The translations under genes were made by a program, and so were the position numbers. The notes under the pieces are model-generated. The model worked only from the letters and a program-made list of their open reading frames with translations, was not told where the DNA came from and made no database searches. Below, piece by piece: positions 24,390 through 37,399 of a DNA stretch of 64,000 nt. The DNA lies in contig CM060733.1 in NCBI GenBank assembly GCA_030704615.1, positions 16,802,001 through 16,866,000 of the forward strand. The letters run 5' to 3'. The DNA comes from Takakia lepidozioides (Eukaryota > Plantae > Bryophyta). The number at the start of each line of letters is the position of its first letter. Position 1 is the stretch's first letter.

Positions 24390-27231
24390 TCACTGGTAGT
24401 GTTGAGTACAACCTATGTGGATTAAAGCTTTCTTATCGTAAGGATCGGTTGCTCGCTCACCTCGGCTATAAAGGTGTGAAGAGCGCTGAGGTAGGTTTAT
24501 GCCCTAAAGCATCTATGCGGGTAAAAAACCATTTTATCCAATGTGGAGGCAATATTCCAATGTCTTTGGATCTGGACATGACCTCTGAGCAGAACACTCT
24601 ATCTTCCTGTCAGGATGCCCCGATTAGTACCCAGGGTGACTCTTGTGAGGCATCGGGTGTCCTTGGATATGTGGGTTGTGCCGGAGCAACACCTGTTTCA
24701 ATACCTCTTTGTACCCCTACACTTCAGCGGAGTAGAGGATTACGACAGCAATCCATGCAAGAAGGTCTTAACTTGTCTGCGAAAAGACAGTTGGATAAAA
24801 AATGGGCGCAGTTTTTCTTCGAGGCCAACATACCATTTAATGTGGCAAGGCTTCCTACATTTGTTTCTGCCGTTAAAGCAACCTCGGAGTCCAGATTCAC
24901 GTACGTGCCTCCGACTTATCACAATCTCCGCACATGATTGCTAGAAGACGCCATGACCGAGCTTACCCAAAAGGACAACAATAGGACGGGCGAGTGCATC
25001 AGAAAATATGGAAGCACTATATGTACCGATGGTTGTAGTTCTATTACAAAAAAACCATTGTTCAATGTCATGCTCGTATGTCCAACTGGGGAACAATTCT
25101 TGGGATCGGTCGACACTAACGGCGATAAGAAAGATGGACGTTATCAATGCCAACTATTGACGGACTTCATCGAACAGGTCGGAAGTGATAGAATCGTGCA
25201 AATATGCACAGACAATGCCGCTAACATGATAAACACTGCAGACATGTTGTTGGCACGTTATCCCCATATGTACTATCAAGGTTGTGCTGCTCATATCCTT
25301 GACCTCTTTTTGGAAGATTGGGGAAAAGAACAGTGGGTGAAACAACTTGTCAAGCGAGCGAAGACTGTTGTGTCGTTCATCCGCACACACCACATCCCTT
25401 TGGCAATATATAGGAGGCACGAACCCAAATACAGCCTCCGCAATCCAGGCGAAACTCGTTTTGTCACTAACTTCTTGATGGTGGATCGGTTGGTGACAGT
25501 GAAGAGCAGTCTGGAGCACACCATCATCGATCCTCAATGGGATGCCTACAAACGGACATTGCAGAACTCCAGAAAAGCCAAGTCATTGGGCAAAAGTCGA
25601 AAAGTTCAAAATAGCATTCGCAGCGATGATTTCTGGAAGAAATGTGAAAACTTTGTTTATATGGTAGAGCCGGCGTTAATCGTCTTGCGGGAGTTTGATG
25701 GAAAGCAACCAGTAATGGGCAAGGCATGGTTACTAATGCAAAATCTTGATAAGCACGTCCAATCCTTGAGGCATCATCCATTCTCCTTGGAACCTAAACT
25801 TGTGGACAGTGCTGAGGATGCATTTTACGACCGTCGTTCGATGGTTCGAACGGACTTGCATTATGCGGGGGCTTTGTTCAATCCATTCTTGCTCGACAAT
25901 ACCGTGCTCCGAGACGACGCTGATGCCAAGGCCGGCCTCGTGCAAGTGCTCATGCGACTGGCTCTGCCGAACCATGCAGAGAGAGCTATATCCGAGTACC
26001 AATGCTTCTTAGATCGCCGCGACCCTTTTGAGGACATGCCGGATCCAAAAGAGCTCAATATGTTGCCACATGAATGGTGGGATCTGATTGGAGCTGGAGC
26101 AAGAATATTGGCTCCTATTACAAAGCGTATTCTTGCTTAAGTGTGCTCTGCCTCATCTTGCGAACGCAATTGGAGCAGTTACTCATTTATTCACAACAAG
26201 ATTTGCAACATATTGAATCCCGCGAGGGCTGACAAATTGGTGTATGTGTATACCAATTGCCAACTACTACGTGAGAGGGCAGCGGATGATGCTGCAGCAT
26301 GGTATGAGAGGAATTTGCATTCCAAAAACTCTGTTTCTGAGGCTGATTCGATGAGTGATGATACTGAGCCTTAGAGAGAATCATCTCAGAGGGAATCACC
26401 TGCCTCCAATAGTGAAGATGGATCCGATGATGCTCCCAAAAATGCGTATGACCCGTTTACATTCACAGAGGAAGATGCTTATATCCAGCCGACCTTTGAT
26501 GACCTTCTTGAAGAAGGTCCCCAGAACATGGTCCTCAAAATGAAGTTGAGGTCGACCCTCGTCCCCCACTACACGCTGAAGCCACTGGTAGTGCCCCAAT
26601 GGAGCTTAGGGGTGATATACTGCCAGGACCGATCGACGTATGCAACCTTGTTCATACAAACGATGGTGTCGAACCCATTGTACAGTCGACGGGATGGGAT
26701 CATGTCTCACCAATACGACCAGCTCTACCACAATGTCAAAACCGATCCAGCTCCCCATCAACACAGCGGGCATTAAGGAGCAACAGGGTTGATCTGTTTT
26801 CCACACGCACGCATCATTCTGCTGCATTGGACCTGTCACTACAATTCCACCTTAACCAACGTGTTGCGCAGCAGACCCGTGGTTCCTCACATGTCGAACC
26901 ATCTAATGCCGGTCCATCTCGGGCAGACCTTCCTCCGGTACCTCCTTCGAGACCACCTTCGATTGCGTCCCAAGTCCATAAACGACAGATAACAGTCCAA
27001 CCTTTTGTAGACGATCGGCCTACAAACAGGCCAGATACCGTGGATAGTATTCAAGACCGGAGTGGGAGTCGACCTCAGAGAGAACTAAATGTAGCTCGAG
27101 GTCGCTTGCAGATTCAAAGGCCTGGACATATGAGGTCGGATAGGGTGGACGATTCCAGCACTGATTATGGCAACGGTAGTGAAGTCGAGGGTGACCTGGA
27201 TTTTCAACCCATCGGAGCATTAGGATTATGA
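24390..27231 (+). pseudogene. hAT transposase (BED remnant, DUF659-type core, C-terminal dimerisation domain), with in-frame stops at 24935 and 26138 and a probable low-complexity tail
   Basis: LCG..RLLAHL, FFFEANIPFNVA, TDGCS, QICTDNAANM, CAAHILDL, PGETRF, EWWDLIG, SASSCERNWS and KLVYVYTN. Confidence 0.9.
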
Positions 27232-27534
27232 TCTTCTTTGTCCCGTCGTCGAAGCAGTAGAAGGAATTGAAGCAAAACAGTTGAAGGCATGCATCAACAC
27301 ATTTTAGTGGACATGTTTATATTTCTGTAGTGAAGTAATATCAGTGTGATCATTGTCACTATGAGTATTTGTATTGCTGTTGTGTATGTGCTGGAAAATA
27401 AAAGATGTTGCCCATGTGTATACCAGACAAAATGTCGGCCAAAGGCACCGTCACTTGCTCATGTTTGTATTCGGTGATTTGTTTGTGGAATGGAAAACAA
27501 TTGTGTCATGCTTCCAACTGTGCATTCATTTTTA

Positions 27535-29170
27535 TTTAAATGGAGCGACCGTCAAGGTGCCGGTCACTTCTACGAGGTCTGCCCTGCGCGTGGAGCGAGG
27601 AATGGGGGGGGGGGGGGCGGCATATAAGTTCCCAGTCATTCTCCCCGACCGCCATTTATGGCGGTCGTTGTAATGGTTATTTTTAAAAATGCAGCGACCA
27701 CCATTACTTGCGGTCGCTTTTATTTTCTTTATTTTTGGAAATGGGGCGACCGCCATTTCTGGCGGTCGTTTTTTTTAAAAAAATAGAGCGACCGCGAAGG
27801 TGGCGGTTGCTTCTACGAGGTCTGTCCTGCGCGTGGAGCGAGGAATGAGGGGGGGGGGATATACATGGCGGTCGCTTTTATTTTATTTATTTTGAAAATA
27901 AATGGCAATAGCTTTTATCTTAATTATTTTGGAAATGAAGCGACCGCTAGTAATGGCGGTCGCTTCTATTTTAATTATTTTGGAAATGAAGCGACCACCG
28001 TTACTGGCGGTCGTTTTTTTGCTTTTTGGAGGAAAATGGGGCGGTCGCCGCTATTGTTGTTTTTTGTAATTGCAGCGACCGCCATTAGTGGCGGTCGCTT
28101 TTATTTAAGTTTGGTTGAAAATGGAGCAACCGCCATTTGTGGCGGTCACTTTTATTTTAATTGTTTTGAAAATAAAAATGGAGCGACCGCCAAGGTGGCG
28201 GTCGCTTCTACGAAGTGTGCCCTGCGCATCGAGCGAGGAGTGAGGCGGGGGGATGGGGCATATAAGCTCCGACTCATTCTCCCCTCACTTCCATTACAGG
28301 CGGTCACTTAAATGCAGCGACTGCCATTATTGGGGGTCGTTGTAATTGTTCTTTTTTAAAATGCAGCGACCGCCGTTTTTTTTTTTTTTTTGGGCGAAAT
28401 GGAGCGACCGCCATTTGTGGCGGTCATTTTTTTTTGTTTTTAAATGGAGCAACCGCCAAGGTGGCGGTCGCTTCTACAAGGTCTGCCCTGCGCGTGGAGT
28501 GAGGAATGGGGGGGGGGCATATAAGCCCCCAGTCATTCTCCCCTCACTTCCATTATTGGCAGTTTTTGTTTTTACAAAATGCAGCGACCGCCATTACTGG
28601 CAGCGCTTTTATTTTTTTATTTTGGAAATGGGGCCACCGCCATTACTGGCGGTCGTTTTTTAAAAAAAATGGAGCGACCGCGAAGGTGGCGGTCGCTGCT
28701 ACGAGGTCTGTCCTGCGCGTGGAGCGAGGAATGAGGGGGAAGGGGGGGGGGGGATTTACGTGGCGGTCGCTTTTATTTTGGAGGAAAATGGAGCGACCGC
28801 CATTAGGGGCGGTCGCCGGTATTGTTGTTTTTAGGCGGTCGCTTCTCTATATTTTGGAGGAAAATCGAGCGACCGCCGCAATTGTTTTGTTTTTTGTAAA
28901 TCCAGCAACCGCCACTACTAGCGGTCGCTTCAATTCTTAATGTCTCCGTAAATGTAGCGACCGCCTATGTTGGCAGTCGCTTATTTATTTCATTTTCGGA
29001 AAATGGAGCGACCGCCAATTCTGGCGGTCGCAGTTTTTTTATTTATCCGGAAAATGGAGCGACCGCCAAGTTGGCGGTCGCTTCTAGAAGATTCGCCCTG
29101 CACGTGGCCCGAGGAATGAGGTGGGGGGGGGGATATAAGCCAAGGGAGGCTTATTCTCTCCTCACTTCCT
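27535..29170. repeat. Internal array of the same palindromes (T-rich spacers) with ~6 higher-order units ending CTGCGCGTGGAGCGAGGAAT-G(n)-ATATAAG
   Basis: Units at ~27577, 27818, 28215, 28478, 28703 and 29093. Confidence 0.9.
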
Positions 29171-29453
29171 CTCCACACAACTTCTGTGTGCGTGGCATTT
29201 CATTATTCCACGACACGTAGTCACGTGGAGAAGGAGGCCATTGGTTGGGTGGGGGGTATTTTTTGCCGCGATTTCTGTGAGGTCGTTGCAGAATGCCCCA
29301 TAGGCCCTCCTCTGGCTTCCAGGATCATTTTATTCTACAAAATTAGCTTTTAGGAACTATTTTGACACCTACTCAAACCTACTTAACGGAGGAAGGGTTT
29401 AGAGTTACGTCTTATTATAAAACCTCGTTTAGTGTTGCTCCGATTGTTGCAGA

Positions 29454-31396
29454 ATGGCAAAGGGCCAGTACGATGACCATCATGGAAGAGATGACCCCAA
29501 TGAACAAGGACCGCCTCCTAAGAAAATCAAATGGTCAAGGCAAGGCTTGAATTGGGAAGTATATGGTGACCCTAGCATACCAACAGAAGAGGGCTGGGAG
29601 GATGTTCCGGTAGAGTTCCGGTGGCCGATGGCGAGATGCAAAAAATTCGTGAAATGGTACCACATCAATCGATTGTGGCCTTTGGATAGGCATGACGTTC
29701 AAACCCGAAACAATTACGCAGAGTCCAGGTCTTGCACGAACTTGCATTTCCAACATAGGGCGAATGAGGTACATTGCACATTGTGGGGTCAACCTCTCTT
29801 AAAGGGCCAAACCCCGTACACCTTGGCAGTCATGTTGTACGTGGAGGTCATACTCTTGTGTCCAGTGAATTGGCAAACTGCTAGTAGGAGAAACACAAGG
29901 TTGCTATACGATTTGGAGTACATCTCGGACACGTTCGGAATACAACCGGCTGCAACGTTAGAGGAACAACTGGTGGAAAGAGACCAGTGAATCAGGACCC
30001 TGCAGGACCGACTAGACTGACAAACACTGCGCATAGCCGACTTGGAAGCTAGATTGCAAGACATGTCTCCAAACAATGAAGATATTGTTGTCTACAATGA
30101 GGATCGAACAAATGTCGTGGACATGGACGCGGAGTTTGCGATGCCCGATCGTAGTATTGACCTCATCATTCACGAAATTACGGACGTCCTTGACCCTGTG
30201 ACCGATGAAACCATGGTTGAGGAACAGCGAATTGCGGATGAAAGAAGGAGGAAAGGAAAAGAACCAGTACTGGAAACCGGGGAATGCTCGAGGGTCGTCA
30301 TTCAATCGGAGATGAACCCGATGTTAGATGTCGACCGCGTTACAAAGGAGCGGAATATTGTCATGGCAGCTGCATGGCGTTTGTCCAAAACGCTAGAGAT
30401 TCGGGCATAGGTCCCATGGAATGGCGATTGGGAAAATTGGGTACAATGGGCGACCCATTTGGCCTCCAGAGAAGCACGGATCCGCATCGCATCAAGCGTG
30501 TTCGCCGGATTGGGCAGATGTGGATTTTATGTTCGATCGATATGAGCACATAATTTCGGGGTCGAACAGAAGCATAAACTGGGAATTGAAGATAGAGGAA
30601 GAGTGAGACACCACAACAAGGATGACCAGCCACATCAAACCGGCCCAGAGGGAGGAGATACCACGAGGCGTTTTGCCGTCATGGATATCAGATGACACAG
30701 TTTGTTCGATGTGTAGGAATCCATACGGCCCAGAGGGATGTCATGTGCTTCGATCATGTGGACATATGTTCCATCTCACATGTCTTATCCTGCAAGCCTT
30801 GCGGACGAACGCTTGCCCAGAATGCCGTACACCAATCCATCGTCGTTTCTATGAACTGGGGGCTTGGAGGATCGGATACCCATAGGTTTTGAATACAATC
30901 GACACAACCTCCCATTGGATGGGATACCATACACATTTCTGAATTGTGTGCATTGGGGCAAGAACTTGGTATGGGGATGCAGACAGAGAGATGCATGACA
31001 TACATGCCGGAAACCCGGCATACATCAAAGATCCCCAGTATTTCTGGGTCACATCTGACTGGGAGATAACCATACGTGCGGGAGGCATTCGAGATTGGTG
31101 GGAGAGAGAGCAGTTTTGCTGCAATCAAGGGAGGGCATTGGAGTCAAAGAAGGTCCAGGTTTATCTGGCTCCCACAGGTTCCATCGGTGCCGGAGGAGAA
31201 CGAGTTGTATGACCGACAACCGATTTGGAGACATTTGTTGCTGTCCGAACTGGAAAATGCTATAATATGTCAACGCCGAATGAATGAGGCGTACGAGGCG
31301 GCTTATCGTCGAAATGACACAATGATTATGGACAGGGCCCGCGAGAGGCAATTGGAAAGTTTCAAAAGTACCATCATAGAAGTTGTAGAGAAATAG
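29454..31396 (+). pseudogene. hAT cargo gene: unknown N-terminal domain, coiled coil and RING-H2 finger (multiple stops and frameshifts)
   Basis: Collinear ORFs 29454-29990, 30042-30410, 30421-30606, 30622-30885, 30946-31212 and 31076-31396. RING-H2 CSMC-x-CGHMFHLTC-x-CPEC at ~30703-30830; NLS-like PPKKIK. Confidence 0.72.
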
Positions 31397-32140
31397 AGGC
31401 GACTATGGACAGACCGTTATCATCATGTTTCGGGGGCTCTATTGCCGACGTGGACGGCCTCGTTGCCGATTTGCATACAGCCCGAGCACTTGTTCTCGAT
31501 CCACCTCCACCACGTCGTAAGAGTGAAGAAGAAAGTCAACTTTCGCCGCGAAGTAGGCGGATGTAGGCCAGAATTGATCACATGTCATTGGGACCCTCAT
31601 TGACCACGAGATCACGGTCGCAATCTCTGGCAATTGGCAGTGCAAATCAAGCCACAACATCAAATTCCTTGTCCTCGGACAGTAATGTCTAGGCTTTTAA
31701 TGACTGGCAGCGTAGTACATATACAATATGCATTTTTGTTGTACCTTGAATATTGTTGGAAAACACAGTGATGGCATTCCGCCAATTTTGTATATTACTA
31801 ATTTTGTTAATACACAATGCACATGTGTGACACCTGCCAATTTCAATTGCATGAGCAGTGTTTTCTTCACATTTACACTCGTGTGTTGGGGAAGAAGTAG
31901 TTCACCCTATAAACAAATTTACAATGGTGTCATATGTGGTCATGACGTGTATGTGGGTATTTGCAATTAACTCCGAAAGCTGGAAAACAAGGAAAATTGA
32001 TGTTAACCAATAAGTTATAACGAGTTACGAACGGTCGTCTTCCAAACAAATTTTCGCCTGGTCCCTGCGTATTTCATTATCATTTCGCAAAATCTATGAT
32101 CTTTCTACGAACATACCCACAAAGTTCTCAAAGCACAAAA

Positions 32141-32530
32141 TAATTTCAATTGATCTCATATTACACTGGCACGTATCAGATGGTACATTGAACACACTAA
32201 CCAAGTTTCAAAGCGAACGAAAATCATTTGGATGGGCAACCATCCGTTGGCCCATTGAATGAATTTCGATTGATCTCATATTACCCTGGGGCCTCTTACA
32301 TGGCACATTAAACATAGTGGCCAAGTCTCAAAGCGAACCAAAATTATTTCGATGGCCAACCATCCGTTGAGCCATCGAATGAATTTCAATTGATCTCATA
32401 TTAGTCCAGGACCTGATACATGGTATGTTGAACATAATGGCAAAGATTGAAAGCAAACGAAAATCATTTGGATGGGCAACCATTCAATCGCCCGTTGAAT
32501 GTATTCCGTTGGATCTGCTATTGCTTTGGG
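32141..32530. repeat. 120-bp tandem repeat (~3.3 copies) plus a dispersed copy at 33161-33264
   Basis: AATTTC.ATTGATCTCATATTA starts at 32142, 32262 and 32382. AAGCGAACGAAAATCATTTGGATGG recurs in each unit. Confidence 0.85.
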
Positions 32531-33276
32531 ACCTGTTGGACTGTGTTTCGCGTGCTCACGATTTTTTTTTCATTTTATTTTTCAATGGGGCGTGTAATGT
32601 AGCCATATGCAACGTGTGTGCCAAATTTGGGAGCGATCAAAATTCATTCGGACCCAAAACCACAATTTCTTCCCTGTTTTGCACTCCAAATTTGATTTGT
32701 GTTCTACTGCATGCACTCTTCATAAAAAGAGTTCTGCAATAGTGAGCGAAGAGAACACTTTTTCTTAGGGGCATTTTTTATTGGTCCAAATTTTGGCGGG
32801 GGAGTAGCGGTGGGATGTTGGAAGCCGCAAAACAAAATTGAGCCAAAAACAAAATCGATACGTGCCAGAAACCCCCAATGAAAGGCAGTGCAAACCTATT
32901 TATTGGCTTAAAATAAATTAAATTAAATTAAATTGTGGAATGACTTGAGAGGGAGCGCGTCGATGGGGAGGCAAATGATTTATTCGTCTGTTGTGTCTCC
33001 ACACATGTGTCGCACACATGTGCAAGCACATGCGGGCAAAAGAGGGGCTTCAACCGCATCCGTTCAATGGGTGCAATAGCCGTGCACGCATTGCATGATT
33101 TCTTTTTCGCATTGAACAAAAACCAAATGACAAGTGAACGCCTTATTAGACAATTGAACAAATTTCGATTGATCTTATATTACACTGGGACGTATCAGAG
33201 GGTACATTGAACACACTGGCCAAGTTTCAAAGCGAACGAAAATCATTTGGATGGACAACCATCTGTGTCCACTTTA

Positions 33277-33466
33277 TCCAATATGTTGATATTCTCCACC
33301 TGGAACAGATCCACATATGTGTGCAGAAATCCTTAAAAAAACAAATGACCATCTCTACTTTTATAAGCCTCATCCCCAGCTTCCAGTTTTGATGGTCATT
33401 TGGTTTTTTAAGTCTTTATATACACATGTGTGGATATGTTCCAGATGGAAGATATTAACATTGGAA
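33277..33466. repeat. Inverted repeat, ~75 bp arms
   Basis: CTGGAACAGATCCACATATGTG..AAATGACCATC pairs with GATGGTCATTT..CACATGTGTGGATATGTTCCAG. Confidence 0.75.
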
Positions 33467-34117
33467 AAATAAGAGTTGGAGAAGCACCTCATTACGAAGC
33501 AAGAGACATTACAGAAGATCTCAGCATGTTGAACATCCGGATGAAAAACCTTGCCCATCGTCGCTTCAAAATTCTAGCGCTTCTGAAATGATCACATGTT
33601 TGTTGGTGGAAGCAGATCTCGTAGGCCACATTGATCTCGTATCCATCGAAGACTTTTGTAGGCCACATGGAACGGTTCATGTGATACATTTTCACAAATG
33701 CGATATGATACATTTGTGAAATGGTATCACATCAACCGTTTAATATGGCCAATGCACCTCTTCCGCACCATGGCGGAGATGTTCGCCACTTGAAAGCACA
33801 AACACAAATAATCCGTGCAAACAATCTCAATAATCATATGTACTGCAAGGTGTTTCATACTGCCGATATTCATGTAGCTGAATTTTTTAGGAATCGTTTT
33901 GCTACTCACATGCCAACAACATCAGGTCCACTGCGACTGTCATATTCCGAATTCCGTATCAGCCACCACGGACATGAAACCAGGAACTTTGCACAAAATC
34001 TCAAATTCATTCAATTTATGGTGGGCCATGGTTGCAGCCTGCAAGCTGGCCGGGGTGGCTGATACGTCCGTTTGAACATGACAGTCTCAGAGTCAGCAGC
34101 AGTACCGGTCCCCCGAG

Positions 34118-34660
34118 TAAATAAAGTTCCGTTGTAAATAATAAATTGCATACGCTCGAACCTCACAGATGTCATTTCAGCAAAACCGGCCGTGTATTGT
34201 GGCACTGTTTGTAACTTCGAATGTTTCAATGTTTTTGATAGGGTACTGAGAAAATGATATATTGGCTCCATAGGAGTTAGAAAACAAACGTTCTATATCT
34301 CATTCAACTGTACGACACTACCATGAGTGACATGGATAAAAAAATAATAGGTGTACATGCGACCTCCGCACGTTCAAGTAGACCATTCGCTGGACCTAGT
34401 ATCAAACGTTCGGAGGTCACATGTGCACCTATTACTTTCCGATCCATGCCTCTCATGGTAGTGTCACACAGTTGAATGAGATGTGAGACGTTTGTTGTCT
34501 AACTCCTACGGAACTAATACATCGTTTTCTCATAACCCTATCCGAAACCTTGGAACATTACAAATATAAACAGTGAGCCAGTACACAAACCATTTATGTT
34601 GCGATGACAGGTGCCAGGGTCGAGCATATGCAATGTAGTATTTACAATGGGATTTTATTT
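34118..34660. repeat. Long imperfect foldback, ~255 bp arms and ~28 bp loop
   Basis: For example CTCATTCAACTGTACGACACTACCATGAG pairs with CTCATGGTAGTGTCACACAGTTGAATGAG, and TAGGAGTTAGAAAACAAACG pairs with CGTTTGTTGTCTAACTCCTA. Confidence 0.85.
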
Positions 34661-34744
34661 ATTACATGCACGATCAAAATTGAGTTATGTCTTCATAAAA
34701 GAACCATTGTGCCGCCACAAATCTCATATCTACGAGACTATGGT

Positions 34745-35830
34745 CTACTCCATCCTATATACATCTTTCGGCTCAGGCCAATTGAATGGCTTGCCCATGA
34801 ACCGAAGTACTACATGGGCTAATGTGACTCTCTCATTCTTGTTGTTGTCGTATAACCTTTGTAGCATTGAATGCCAACAACCTCCCGTAAATTGGTCCTC
34901 GAACATACTTTGATCATAATTAGCGCCGCCATTTATTCGTACCACTATTTTCCCAACGGCAAAGGCCTCCAACGTCATATCTTGGGGGTGACATTCGCAT
35001 TGAAAACCGATGCAATATCTTTTTCCACCCACCATCTTTTCGCAAGTTCCCGGTCTAGCTTGTCTTGGTTTTCAAACTAATACGGTGAGGCTTTGCGTAT
35101 GCCCAATGGGGTGGCTAAGCCCCAATATCACACCCCAATCTTGATCTCCTCGGTGCCATCTGGAAAATACAACAAGATGTTGTCGGGGGACAAGTCGTTG
35201 TGTAGGATACCGTTCTTGTGGACAACATCCATGATGCACACCAGTGCCCACGTAAGTTTACTGCGCACTTTCCGGAAACGAAGCAAACGATCACATTCCT
35301 GGAACTCTGCTTCCGTTCCCCTTTGTTCCAAAATCACCTTGTTATCCGAATCGTTGTCCTATTTTCTGTCAAGGTTCATCATGTCGCGTATTATCCCCTT
35401 ATTCCACCAGCAAGTGTAATCCTCTATCTCACGTGTATTCACAGCAAAATATGAGATAATACCCTGATGCTGGAACTTCACTGCCAAACACTCATCATTA
35501 TGTTGTCTCAACGCCTTTTCCACCCATTGAACTTCGGCTTGTCCCTGTCCGCCGTCCACTTACCCCCGCCAAAACGTTTGTCATTTTCCTCTCCATATTT
35601 TGCTGAAAAATCTGAAACCCCTCCCATCCATGCCTGACATAAGCACTCTCCAGCCTCATCATGTCCCTACCCTTGAAATAATCCACTACCACTTCTTTTA
35701 CCCTATCCAAGGCATCCGGTCCCGGGTAGTCTAGCTTGTTGACCTCGCTATCCCGCTCGTGGGCACGTTTTCTCTTCCTCCGCCCCCCAGGCGACCCCGC
35801 CCCAGAACTTGAATTCACAACCTCCGACAT
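34745..35830 (-). pseudogene. hAT cargo gene: divergent protein kinase (stops and frameshifts)
   Basis: HQGIISYF, catalytic loop ILHNDLSPDNILL, then IGV*YWGLA at the DFG-equivalent position. N-terminal basic NLS RRKRKR. Confidence 0.75.
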
Positions 35831-36454
35831 TGTATAAACCTTTGCCCATTACAGGGTCCAAAACCTCAGAAAACGGCAATGAACGTGTGTGGATGGTGTT
35901 TTCGTAGTTTTCTGTAAAAAAACAGGTCGTCAGATATCCGAAAACGACAAAATGGTGATACGATGATTGAACCGTGAACAAGTGTATGGGACTGACCAAT
36001 AGAAATCCGACAAAACCTCCCCCCCCCCCAAATAATCACCTTTGCACCTCCCGTTGGCAGTGTCAAGCAACAAAGTCCGAAAGGACTACAGAATGCCAAG
36101 GAACCGCACCACGAGAGGGGGAAAAGTGATCAGAAAAAGAGGGGGAATGGTTTATATAGGCGACCACCAGCCCCCCCCAAAAAAAAAAAAAATGGCATTA
36201 TGCTTGAAAAGACGCGACAGACTAGTGGCGCCTCGCCACGTGTCAGCGCGCGCGACTGGCCAGTCGCACCTCGCCACGCGCACCCACATGGGAGAGGTCA
36301 ATGGTTCAAAACCACCTCCCCCCATCTCTTTTGTTTCGTTTTTCCTGACCCGTGGCACCTCGCCACGTGGCTGGCCAGGCGCCGCTTCATGATTAAAAAA
36401 ATTAAAAATAACATGCCACACGGCGGGTCCCTGGATTTCTAAGAGGAAAAAAAA

Positions 36455-37200
36455 CACGCGACCGCCGCATGCGATCGCTATATTTATAAAAACAAGAAGA
36501 GCGACCGCCACATGGCGGTCGCTGTTTTTTTTAAAAATATATTAAATAAGCGACCGCCTACTGGCGGTCACTTAATTCAAAGATTCAAAGATTCAAAGAT
36601 TCATTTTTAAAAAAAAATTAAGTAAGCGACCGCCAAACGGCGGTCGCTTAATTTAAGAATCAAAATCAAATCGAGCGGCCGCCTCCAAATGGCGGTCGCT
36701 GTATTCTTTATTAACAAAAATAGCGACGGCCGCCAAATGGCGGTTTCAAAAATTAACTGAAGAAATGACCGCCAAACGGCGGTTGCTTTATTTAAGAATA
36801 AAAATAAAAATAAGCGACCGCTGCTAAATGGCGGTCGCTAAATTTAAAAAATATATATAGCAACCACCACATGGCGGTCGCTGTATTTTTAGAGAATATA
36901 TCAAAGATATAATAACAATAATTTAATAAAGTGCGATCGACTGCCAATCTGGGCGATCGCTTCATTTAAAACATAATAAACTTCAACCGACCGCCAATGT
37001 AGGCGGTCGCTTATTTTAAAATATAATAAAATACAAGCGACCGCTAATATGGGCGGTCGCTTCACTTATAAATAAATAAATTACCGGCGACCGCCAATAT
37101 AGGCGGTCGCTTAATTTAACAAAATATTAAATTACAAGCGACCGCCAATATGGGCGGTCGCTTTTATTTTAAAAATAATAAATTATATGCGACTGCCAAT
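36455..37200. repeat. Right array of GCGACCGCC-N-GGCGGTCGC palindromes
   Basis: More than 10 units with A-rich spacers. Confidence 0.9.
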
Positions 37201-37399
37201 GTAGGAGGACATTTTTTTTAATAATTAATAAATATTAATAATTGGCACGTCTGTTTTACACCGTGGCTGCCATGTCATTACAAAGGGTAGAAGTAAATCG
37301 TAAAACTCAAATGTAAAAAAAAATCACAAAACGTCCGGATTCGACGTGACGTGACGGCCGACGTGTCAGCGCCACGTCACGTCAGGAATGATAACTAGG

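Larger units (their letters stand above)
22887..37399 (+). mobile_element. 14.5 kb cargo-carrying hAT DNA transposon
   Basis: 8-bp TSD GTGGACAC (22879-22886 and 37400-37407) and TIRs CCTGGTTATCA / TGATAACTAGG. Removing the element restores the integrase frame DDPDVWTQACDQGAELFKR. Confidence 0.92.

Noticed and set aside
23405-29178. ORFs inside the palindrome arrays (for example 23458-23865, 27865-28311, 28506-28940)
   Set aside because: They are translation artefacts of repeats.
23080-37200. Palindromic repeat arrays as CRISPR arrays
   Set aside because: Spacers are low-complexity A/T tracts of irregular length, there are no cas genes, the context is eukaryotic, and the arrays lie inside a TSD-bounded hAT.
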